64,000 nucleotides of DNA from Lama glama (lineage: Eukaryota): NCBI GenBank assembly GCA_028534125.1, contig CM052850.1, forward strand, positions 23,994,001 through 24,058,000, written 5' to 3'. Under the pieces are notes generated by a model that saw nothing but the letters and a program-made list of their open reading frames with translations, searched no databases and was not told where the DNA came from. How positions within the stretch are numbered: position 1 is the stretch's first letter; each line of letters begins with the position of its first letter. Below are positions 11,699 to 22,600 of this stretch, in pieces. The translations under genes were made by a program, and so were the position numbers.

Positions 11699-13440
11699 GT
11701 AGGAGCCAGTAACGGCCCCCGGCCTCGCGGGTCCGTTTCCCTTTTCGTTTGTGGTCGGCCAGGAGACTTGTGCAAGGAGAGGGGCCGACCCGCGGTGGAA
11801 GGTGGATCAGGGGAATGAGTGGTTTGGGGGCGCCTGTCCGGGCTCTGCCCCTCGGCCCCCCGCGGGCACACAGGCGGGTTCTCCTCCCTGCTGGCGCGGG
11901 CTCCGAATGCTCCAGGCCCGCCAGCGTCATCGGGAACAGATGGATGGGGGGTGGCAGGCGCCCAGCGCTCCCTCCCGTCGCAATCCGGACTGGCGCGAGG
12001 AGGGAGGGAGAGGGAGGAGGGAAGGCGGGGGAGGCTGGGCCCGCGGGGACGGCTGCGTGCGCGCCTGCCAAGCGCGGCGCGGGCATGTCCCGGGGCAGGT
12101 TTGGGGCTGGCAGAAGCGCGGGCTGGCACCGGAGGGCGAAAGTTGAAACCCGCAGCGCGGCGCTAGGGCGGCTGCTTGGGGCGGTGCGGGAGGGGGCGGT
12201 GGGTACTGGTTTGCCTCCGGGCTTAAAGGTGTGAAAGCTGTAGATTAGAGAATTTTCAAAAGGAGTTGTACAGGGAGAGACCCGGGGGCATCTGAGCAAC
12301 GCTGGGAGCTTTGGACGCCCGCGAGGTCAGAGCCCTGGGGCGCCGGAACGCGCCAGGGCCAGGGGCGTCGGGCGAGGCCTGCCCCATTAACCCGGCGCTT
12401 CCTGGAGACGCGGGCCGCGTGGGGGGTGGGCTCGAGGCGGGTCGACGGCGCCGCTGCTGGTGGGGGCGGGGCGGAGCCAGGAGGTGGGGAGGCTGGGGCC
12501 GCAGTCCTTCGCCGTGCCGCCTGTGGGTGCCCAGGAATTTCAGGACGCTCCCTGAGTCATTCCAGTCTGTCAAGTGCCTGGGTGAGGTAGGGTGGGGTGG
12601 GGGGGTGCCAGGAATGGGGAGGCGCTGCTCCGGGGCCAGAGGCCCAGTGGGTCGTGCCAGTTTCTGGAGGCGGGCGGCCTCGCCTCCGACCGCAACCCCA
12701 GCTACTTAATGATCCCCCTGGCGGAGCGGCGCCTCCGTGGACTCTCCAGCCGCTGGGACATGGGTTCTTAAAAGAACTACCCCCGCCCTTCCCCGCACTG
12801 TGGCCTTCCCAAAAGTTACTTAAAACAAAACGAGAAAGGGGAGTTCCTAGAATTTTGAGAGGAAGGCACGTAGGCCCGAGTTCTTAACATTCAGCCATTT
12901 CAAGTTGGGGTAGTAAGGGCTGGGGGTGGGGAGGATAAACGCACAGCCTATCTTGTACTACCCTCCCACCCCCAGCACACACACTCCGGCTCCGAGAAAG
13001 TTTTCCTCCAAAAGGCCTCCAGGAACACGTGAGTTTATCCGTTCATTCCTTGTTGGGCCTGCTTGTTCCAGACAGTTTTAGGCGCCGGGGAAGCGGTCGT
13101 GAGACGCATAAGGGCTCTTCTCGCTTGGCGGGCGTATTGGAAGTGACTGCTCACTACTTTTGGACTCAAGTGGCTAGGCTTGGACACCAGTGTATCGCGG
13201 ACCCCTGACCAGTCGAGCCAGGGACCCCCGAGAGCCTGAGGGTGGCACTTCCCCTACCAGCTGGTGTCCTCGGCTCACCTGGCCGGCCTGGCTGGGGAGG
13301 GGCGTGTGCCCGCGCGGGTGTACCCGGGCGTCCGTCGGTGCGCGCGCGCGTGTTTGCGGCTGAAACCCGACGCCTCCCGCTGGCTGAGGTCAGGGAGCCG
13401 GGAGCGAGCCAGTGGCCCGGGAGTGGGCGGCGTTGCGCTT

Positions 13441-13607
13441 NNNNNNNNNNNNNNNNNNNNNNNNNNNNNNNNNNNNNNNNNNNNNNNNNNNNNNNNNNNN
13501 NNNNNNNNNNNNNNNNNNNNNNNNNNNNNNNNNNNNNNNNNNNNNNNNNNNNNNNNNNNNNNNNNNNNNNNNNNNNNNNNNNNNNNNNNNNNNNNNNNNN
13601 NNNNNNN
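13441..13607. other. N-gap (167 nt) over the probable TSS/5' UTR
   Basis: Run of N. Confidence 0.99.
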
Positions 13608-13629
13608 GGCGGAGCTGCGGGGCCCTGGC

Positions 13630-13636
13630 ATGAAAG
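13630..13636 (+). CDS. GSE1: GSE1 coding exon 1 (ATGAAAG; M-K-G split)
   Basis: GGC ATG AAA G|gtgagc lies inside the CpG island with a strong donor at 13637. It matches the recalled human N-terminus MKG. Confidence 0.88.
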
Positions 13637-16600
13637 GTGAGCGCGCCGCTCCGGGCAGGGGGCGGGGGGGGGCGGTCTCCGCGCTCCCTCCCTCCCCAGC
13701 GCCCCCCTCTCCTCCAAGTTCGCGGGTTCCGCGGGGGCGGCCGCCAACGGCTCCAGGGCAACTTCCCCCAGAGTGTGAGCGGCGATAAGAGCTGAGCGGA
13801 CAGGCAAGCGACCAAAGCACCCCCCCGCCCGCGGCGGGTCGCAGCCTGGGCCGCCTGGCTCCGGGTGGGGGCTCGAGCCGCCGCAGGCTCGGGCTCGGTG
13901 GCTGCGTTCAGCGAGGGACGCTTAAGAGCTCGCGGGTGGGGAGCTGGGGGGCTCTCGGTGAGCTGTCGACACTCTGAAGCCGGAGTGAAAACTTTGCGGC
14001 GGCGGGGGAGGGATCGAGGGGGGAGGCGGTGCGCCCCCGTGGCAGGTGCTGGCGGCGGCTGGGGAGGGGGTTGCTCGCCGCCTGGGGCTGCGCCGTTTGG
14101 CTTTTTGTCTTGCTCCCCTCCCCCTTTCCTCGGAGCGAGGGAGACCGCCGGGAGGGCGGGACTGCAGCCTCCCAGGTCTCCGACCCCCACGCCCTGCTTC
14201 CCAAGGGCGCGCCCCGGGCTCCGTCGCTTCTCTCCTCCCTCTGCCCACCCCTCCCCCCACCTCGTTGGAGCAGTTCCCCTGCCCCTCCCCCTGCTGAAGA
14301 TGGCTGCCCCGGCCTCGGAGGTGGGAGGTGATTGCATCCGCTGCCCCCTACTCGCGCTGCCCTTTTTTCCTCCCCGGCCCTTCCTGCCCCGCCTGGATGC
14401 GCCTCCCCGCCCCCAGCTCGGCTGCCGCGCTGATGGGCGGCGAGTGGCCCGACCGAGTGGAGCCGATTCAATTATATTGCAGCACCAGAGACACCTCCTC
14501 GGCCGCCCGCCCGCCTCTCCAGCAGGCTAATTAAATTCCCTTCGTGGAGGCGGAGCGGGAGTTGTGCTCACCCTCCGGAGCTCTGGAGGGGGAGCCGGGG
14601 ACCACTTAGGAGTGCGCAGTGGAGGTTGAGTCGCGGGTCTTGGGGAGAAAGGGTTTCCCGGATTGGATGAAGGGTTGCTGGGACGCCCCCACGTGATGTG
14701 CCGGGGCTCCTTGCTCGAGCGCTGGCTTTAAGTTTGGAGGGCTGTGCGCTCGGCGGGGAAGCACCTGCTGGGTGGTGGATACCAGCCGAGTTGAGTCGAT
14801 TTGGCTCCTGTTTTGTAAACTAGCCTTTGTCTGCAGAGTGCGTCTAAAATACATTAAACCCTTGTTAACCCCTGCAGTGCCTTATCTGGGGCCCACACAG
14901 GCTGTGGTTTGGAAACAAAAAGCGGGACCACCAGACGAAAAAAAAAAGGGCTGCTTTTGTGAAAGACTGGAACAAAGGGCCCAGCGGATTCTGGGTGGGA
15001 ACCTCCCCGCTTAAGCCGATTTCCAAGCAGAGGGGCAGAGGGTCGGAAGGTCTTGGTGAGGCACTTAGAAATGTCCCCTGGTTGGCTGGCTGGGTCCTCT
15101 CCCCTGGGATTCTGCGCTGCCACCCCGCCCGCCCGCCCCCCATGGAAAGTGAAGGGACCAAGGTGAGCAGGCTGCCTCTGGGTGTTAGTTAGGCTTGGGG
15201 CATGTAAGTGTTGCTCAGCCTGTGTTTACGGGCTGCCTCCACCCGTAGGGACGGTGGAACCTGACTCAGCTGGGCCACGCCACAGGTGAGGGGGCCCAGG
15301 GCGCAGGCTCCGACTGGCCGCCTGTGTGTCATCCCAGCTGTTGGCTGTTCAGGGGCGTTACCGCCGTGCCCTGGCCCTGGTGGACTAGGAAGCTCGCAGG
15401 CCTGGCTCAGAGATAACAGCTGCATGGATACTTCACATCAGCCCCTATCAGTGCAGCCCTGATGCCAGGGTGAGTGCTGTGGGATTGGCTTTTGTCACAT
15501 TGTCTCAGAGCAGGAGTAGACCCCGCACTGCAGTGAGGAGGGAACGGGGCCTCAGGAGCCAGCCAGCCAGAGTTTTGACACTTCAAGCTTCCTTTATGTG
15601 AACTTTGGGGGCGGTGCAGAGTCTGGAGCTGGTGAGCAGCCAGGGTGGTGACCCAGGGTCAGCCCCGCCTTGGGAAGGGAGGCTGGGAGGCCCATCGTAT
15701 CTGTGGGGCCAGGCTCTGAACAAGGTAACAGGCAGTCCTTGACAGCACAGGCCCTGACCTGTTGCGGACAGCTTCCGGAATCCTGAAACTCCTTGTTGCA
15801 GTTGAGATGGGTTTATAGATCCTGCAACCTGGTTTTCTACAGTTGCGGGTGGCCAGGCCTCCCCAAGCCCAGTGAAGCTACTGCCTCTGGGTTCGCGGCC
15901 CCTGCCTGGGGAGTTCTCGGGGGTCCCCAGGTGATTCTCCTGTGCAGACTGGCACTGAGAATCAGAGCCTAAGCTCACCGCTAGAAGCAGCTGCTCCCTT
16001 TGGAACTCAGATTCCTTTGTCGAGCCATGCCCTTATGCAGTCCTTCGGCCTCTAATAACTTCCCTGCCTGTGTGGGAAGATCAGGAGCTGCAGTTCCGAG
16101 AGAGCCTTGGGGTTTGGGAGCAGAAGCCTCCAGCCCCTGGGTTCAGCATCTCTGGCCAGAGGAGCCAAACTCTGCACAGCGCCACTCTGTGGCCACCGTG
16201 GGTCTTGCACCTCCAAGCCTGACACCTCCCCAGTCCACTCAGTCCCCAACGGCCCTTGACCCTTTGGCAGGAGTTGTCTCTGCTTCTCCTGCTCTGAAGG
16301 AAGAAGGATTTCTGGGCTTGGAGCCCCTACCAGAGGGGTGGGTGCCTGCAGCTCTCACTTCCCCAGAAGAACGTGGGTGAGCAAGACCTGGCTGCTACCT
16401 CTCTCCTCTTGCCCCAGGAACTCGTAGGGGCTTGTGGAGTCAGCCAGCAAGGCAGGTTTTTCCTGGCCCCATCCGAAGGCTTGGAATTCCCAGCCTGGGT
16501 TACTCGAAGTCTGTGCCGGGCTGGGGCTGGGTGGTAGCTCGTCAGTTCCCTCTGTTGTGGCAACACAGCAGCCTCCAAACCACAGGGCGGCCTGAGGCCG

Positions 16601-19600
16601 GCCCGCCCGGCTTCCATGCTGTGCTGGGGGAGCTGTTTTTCCAACCTGCAGGGATCTGTGCTTCGGGTGACATTTCAGCTTGGCCACTCGCTTTAATTTC
16701 TCTCCTCTCTCGCTGAGTGTGGTGCGGGTTGCTGAGCCGCTGGCTCCACTTTCCAGCACTGGCCTTTCTCCTCATCCGAGGCCACAGGCAGGAGGTGACG
16801 TTTGGGAGCATTCTAGTCAATGAGAATTTATTGAGCTGGGACGTGCACACACAGGTAACTCTCTCTGCCTGCCTGCCAAAATGGGGGGGGGCGGGTGGCT
16901 TTAATCTCGCCTCTGTAGCGTCTTTCCCCCACTGGCCTCTTGGCTTGTGCCCCTGCTCCAGCAGGATGAAACCTCAGGGGTTCATACTCAGTGCCTTGTC
17001 TCCCTGTCTTTGCTGGGGCTCTCCTCTGCCTGGAATTCTCCACTTAGCTCCACATCCCGGGGGTCCCTGAGACCAGCTGCCCCTCCCTTCCTGATGCCTT
17101 GAGCACGTTCAGAGAGGAAGCCACTTACAGGGCTGGGGGAAGTGAGAGCAGCATCTGGAGAGGGTGGGATGGAGGCCAGGCCTGGAGAGAAGGGGAGGGT
17201 ACCAGAGTTCGCACACATCTGGGGGAAGAGGGGAATTTGGGTGAACTTGAGGCTTGGGGGGGTCCCTGTGGGACTTGGGGGTCTCCAGGAGGTGACTTTT
17301 AACTGAGGAAGGAGGTGTATGGGGAGCAGGAAGCCCCCAGCCCAGGTGCTTGCCTACACTTCAGACTCACCTGGGGAACTTTAAAACGCCCAGGCTGGGT
17401 CTGTGACCAAACAAGACCCAAATCTCTAGGGGTGGGGCGCAGACATCTGCGTTCTGTAAACCCCCAGCTGAGCTGAAAGGGCCTTCTGCTGGGGGTTGGG
17501 AGGAGGAGATAGGAGGACTTCCTTTCCATGGGGAAGGTGGGGGGCGGAGATTTTAAAATTTATTTTTAACCTAAGTATGGGCTGATGCTTCTTGAGACCT
17601 GGGGTCTCACTTGGGAAGCTGGAGTCTGCCCTCTGTGCCCCAGAATTGCATAGGACCGAGCACCCCTCCCCTGGCTGGGCAGGCAGTGGATAAACAGTGC
17701 CCAAGACTCCGTCACTGGGTCGCTGGCTGCCTCGGGCTTTGCATTGACCTAGGGTAAAATCCTGAAGGTAGGTGTCCTTCCTGCCCCAGGTGAGCTGGGA
17801 GCCCCTCTCCTAGTGAGGCTGTCCAGTGCAGAGGTGGATTTGGGTGGGTGGCTTCTGTGTCTGTTTGGAGCTCTGGCCAAGCCTTCCAGTTCTGGAACTG
17901 GTTCCTCCAGCTGGAGAACTTGACTTGTGTGAAGAGTTGCACGTTGCCGTGACTTTGAGGCTGGCTGCCAGACCCAGGATAGGAGCGTCCCACATGGGCA
18001 AGTGGTAACGTAGGTCCTCCCACCATAACCAGCTGTCTCCCCTCTAGCTGTTCCCCACCTGTAGACTGGGGGTGCAGAGGCCTTTTCGGAATTGAGGATT
18101 TAGATGACGGAACGTAAACTGCATGCTTGCCCTGAAGGGGTCCGTGCAGGGGAAGGGCTGAAGACCTCGGGGACCTGGGGTGAGCCCCCGGTGTCTGCTC
18201 TTCCTCCCGTGGCTCTGTGGGGCAGTCCCTGGCCAGGGCGTTAGCATTCACCTGTGGCTCAACCCCCACAGCCTTGCATGCTTTGCTTCTGGGCCTTGGT
18301 TTCCTCATCTGTCAAGCAGGGATGACAGGCGCCTCGTTCTCGGGCTGTTGAGGGTTAAATGCTTTCTCTCAAAGCACCCAGAGAGAGCAGCGCCTGTCAC
18401 TGAGGGCTCTTGTGTCCAGGTTTGTCAGAAACAGCACCAGATCATCCCCGTCCTGTTGGCTTTAGGATTCCTAGGATTTTAACTTCAGAGGCCTGGAAGG
18501 ATCTGTTCCCCTGCCCTGGCAGTGTCCGGTGTGGGGAGGGGCTGCGGCCAGTTGTCCCCCCAAGACCCAGAGGCTCAAAGTGCCAAGTGGGCCCCTGCTG
18601 ACCCTCTCCTGTTGGGGCTGAGCAGGCAGCTTCTCCTGGGGCCTCGCCTGCCCCCAGGGCCTTGAAACCACACATTCTTACTGTGTCCCCCTCCCAATGA
18701 GGAGGGAGGAGGGAGGAGGGTGGTGAAACGGCAGCCTTCCCCTAGCCCCGCCCTTCCCATGCTCAGTGCTCAGAGTGGGTTGTGGCCACAGGCAGCAATA
18801 AAAGGTACCGACTGGCAGGCTCTCGTTCCGGGCGGTGTTGACGTGGGACTGGTTAAGCCGTCCCGAAGGAAAACACGGGAAAACCCATGTGTCACGCTGA
18901 GGAGGGCCAGTCCTGCGGGGGCCTAGTTCGTGTGAATCCGTCTCCTCTCCCCCCAGCGGAGCCAGAGCTTGGGGCACCTCCTACCACGCCATCCTGCCTA
19001 TTTAGGGGGCAGGAGGGACAACTGCCTCGTGCGACACACGTGACATGGGGATGTGCTTTTACTTTGCTGTCCGTCTTTGCAGGTAGGGATTGACCTTTAG
19101 CTGGGAGAAATGGAGGCACCACGGGGCCTGTCTGTCTACCTACCCTCTGTATAAAATGGAAAACCAAGGGACATGAGCGAATTCATCCTACTGAATTCTG
19201 GGTGTCCGTTTCTCTGAAGGCAGTTTTGTAACCTTTTTACGTAGGAGATGAGGCCTTCCTGTATTCCCTGAAAAACACATGAGGGTTTGCTAGACTAGAC
19301 AAAGTTGGATGTGGATAAAGCTAAAATTCTTCATCAGATGGGAATGTTGGAGGGACTTCTGCCAGAGGTGGAAGGGCTGCGTGATCATTAGTTGGTTAGT
19401 TGCTCCCATTTAACAGGATAAGCAAACTGAGGCCCCCAGCCAGCCCCCGTGGCCTTGCCCTCTGGGCTCTCGGGGCCCTGTCTGTTGAAGAGGATTTCTG
19501 GTTGACCCTGCTAGGACGTGGAGGGGGACGGAAGCATGGGCTGAGGTGGCGTGTTTTAAGTCAGATTGATGTCCAGTCCTCTCCTTTCTGAAAACATCAA

Positions 19601-22600
19601 CTTAGATTTTTGCAACATGCAGTTTTCACCTAAATATGTGTCTTTGTAAGACTAAGGAGGGGTGCCAGACCTGGGAAGCTGTCACATGAGCACAGGGAGT
19701 GCATCTTAACCAAACAGCTGGTTTCCGAGTGGAAAGGGGCAGAACCACGTCTTCCTGATGTGGCAGTGTACGCGGCAGGGTGTCTGTGCCGGGCTCTCTC
19801 CTGCCGGGGCCCTTGGCGGGCCCCGGGATTTCGTACTGCAGTCACCAGCAGCGTCCGTGCCGCGTACGGGGACCCCCACGGGTGTGCTCACACCTCCGGA
19901 CTGATCTGTTGAAGAGATTTCAAGAGGGGAAAGGGCTGGGTGACAGATCTTTAAAGATGTTGCCAGATTCCTCCAGAAAGAATGTCAGGGACTCGCTCTG
20001 CTGCCCGCCTGTACAGCCCAGACATTGATGCACCCGATTCTGGCTAGTGGGGTGCCTGCTGTGCCCCTCAGCCCTTGGCCTCCGAGGCCGTTCGTCCCCC
20101 CACAAAGGAGTGAAAGCCCTTTGATCAGCCTTGGGTTTTGTTGCCCCTGCAGCGGGTCCCAGGGGTAGACTGGATCGCTCCTTGCCACGTGGCCTGGCGT
20201 CCTGGGGGATGAGGCCGGTACCCGTGGGAGCTGGTTTTGGCCTCAGCGTCCTGCCTGGAGCCTTACAAGTTCCCAGTTGGCGCTGTGGAGGGGATTTTGT
20301 TCCTTCTGAGAAGTTAGGGGTCCTGCAGGCTAGGCTGGGCAGCAGTTGCTGGAGAACGGCTGTGGCCAGAGGAGGGTGACCAGCTTGACCCGGCGTGTGC
20401 CAGGTTCGGGATGAGGGAGTTCATGGCTGGTGGCTTGTGACTGTTTCTGCAGGCTCTTCCCTGGTGGCCCTGCTTGGAAGCCCATTTTGGCTGCAGGGTA
20501 GTTGTTTCTTCCACTGGGGCGTTTACTGATGTCTGGAAACATTACATGGACTTTGAAGAAGGTGCAAAAGCCCAGAAGAGGAAACACCGTTAGAACTTGG
20601 ACCGTGGAAGCACCATTAAGGACTGAGTATCCTTTTGGCCCAGGTAGAATATATTGGGGAAAGGTGTTAGTGCAGAACTCAGTGGGTTTTTTTTCTGGGG
20701 AGTGGATCTGATCTGCCACTTGGAACCATTGTGAGAATGGACCTTTTGTAAAAGCAGAGAAACCTTTTTTTCCCCTCTTGATGGAGGCACTGGGGATTGG
20801 ACCTAGGACCTTGTGCACGCCAAGCATGTGCTCTACTGCTGAGCTATAACTGCTACCCCAGAAAAACATTTTGTAATTCGAGGCAAGTCCTGGCTTTGAT
20901 TCAGGTGGGACCCACCTGTGGTTGACACGCACCAGGATCACGGCCTCCTTCCTGGTGGGCCCTCACCCCTGAAGCTAAGGGTGGATGGGATTACCTCTTC
21001 CTGTTGAATCTGGATGAATTCAGATGTTACTAGCACCCGAGTGGAGTGTCCTGATCGCGCACGCATTTATTAAGCTCCTACAAACACTGTTCATCGCCCA
21101 GCCAAACCCACGTTGCTTCTGGACTGGAGAGACCTCCCGGCGTTGGGCGAGCTGACCAGCCTGAGACAGTGGGGTGTAGTGGGGCCTCTGACAACCTGGG
21201 GACTTAGGGACAGATTAAGGGACAGTTGCTACTCTTGGGATTATGATTTGGTGGCTCCTAATTTTTCAAGAGAAACTATGTTGTCTTTTGACTTGAAACT
21301 TCCAGTTTTAAGATACTGTCCGTTGATTCACATTTAAACATGTCTTGACTTCAAGCCAAATCAAACCAGGTGGATGGATGAAAGGAGGCCAGCTTAGCCT
21401 CTGGCACCCCTGTCTAGTCCCCCCTCCCACCCAAAGTACTGATGGGGGAACCGAGGCTCAGACCACATAGTGACAGGACCGCACCGGGAGGTTCAGGGGG
21501 AGCCAGGCCGGGGACCAGGTCTTCTGGCTGGTTTTCCAACCAAGGGTGCAGTCCTTTGTCGTAACCGCCAAAGTTACCAGTCTGCCTGAGCACGGATGCC
21601 CGGTGTCGCCTTTCTCCAGGTTGAATCTGGTCGGCTGTGCACCTGTGAAGATGTAGCTGACGTGCCTGTGCAGGCTGTGGACCTACTATGTGCCCTTCGG
21701 GGCTCGGGATGCAGGTGGGATGCCTGCCCTGCACAGACAGCTTTTGTCAACATTCACTCAGTGTTGAAGGGGCAACGCTCTTGAATCCTCTGTTCCTGTC
21801 ACTTCACCTGGGGAGCAGGGCATGAGCTGTTTTAACACCCAGTGTCCTGCTTCCTCTTCTCAAAGTCTGGTCCCTCACTCAGGTTTCCTCCCTTTGGAGG
21901 AAGGACCTGGTCTTGACCCCTGCCCTCCTGGCCTGTTTCCCCACCTGCTGGCCCTGGCCTGCTGCTCGCTCCATAGAAACTTGAAGGCTTTCAGTGGCCA
22001 TCTCCTGGCCAAGTTGGGTTCTTGTCCTTTGGGACCTCTGCCTTGGACACCTCTGACCCCCACCCATGTCTTGCACCCTGTGCCTCCAGGCTCTGCTCAA
22101 AGGGCTCCTTTGTGAGTGAGGCTCAGCTTGGAGGTGGCCTGGTTCGCTCAGGGGCCTCAGGCACACAAAGGAGTCATTCCTGGGGTTGTCCTGGGTGCCC
22201 TCCAGCCCAGGCTGCCAGAATGTGGGGCGTGGGGGTCGGGTGGACCCTGAGGTCAGATGTATTCCTCCTCCCTGGCTGGGTGCTCACAGCAGCCTGCAGG
22301 ATGGGAGGTGACCCCTAGTAGGGGGGTCCTTTCCAGTGTCTCCTCATTTAAAGGGAAATGGCCGGGACAGCAGCAAGGAAAACTGGTTTCCCGTCCCTGC
22401 TCCTCAGCCTCAGCTTGCAACCAAAGACAGGGGCGTGACTCTCTTCCAGCCTCTGTTTACCTGTCTGTAGAACGGGGGCAGGGAATGGGCTGTATAGAGG
22501 CTCCTTGGGTGACCTGTCTGCTCACGGTCTGTTTCTAAAGTTGCTATGAAGGGTAACTGATGCTCCAGGCAGAGCTAGGCCATGTTGTTGTTACTGCCCA

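Larger units (their letters stand above)
11480..14800. promoter_or_regulatory. CpG island / GSE1 promoter region
   Basis: Very high GC and CpG density (for example cgcgcgcgcg at about 13341) and GC boxes (GGGGCGGGG at about 12463). It surrounds coding exon 1. Confidence 0.9.

Noticed and set aside
11577-14530. Many overlapping 100-315 aa Pro/Arg/Gly/Ala-rich ORFs on both strands
   Set aside because: These are expected from stop-codon scarcity in a CpG island and show no domain-like content.
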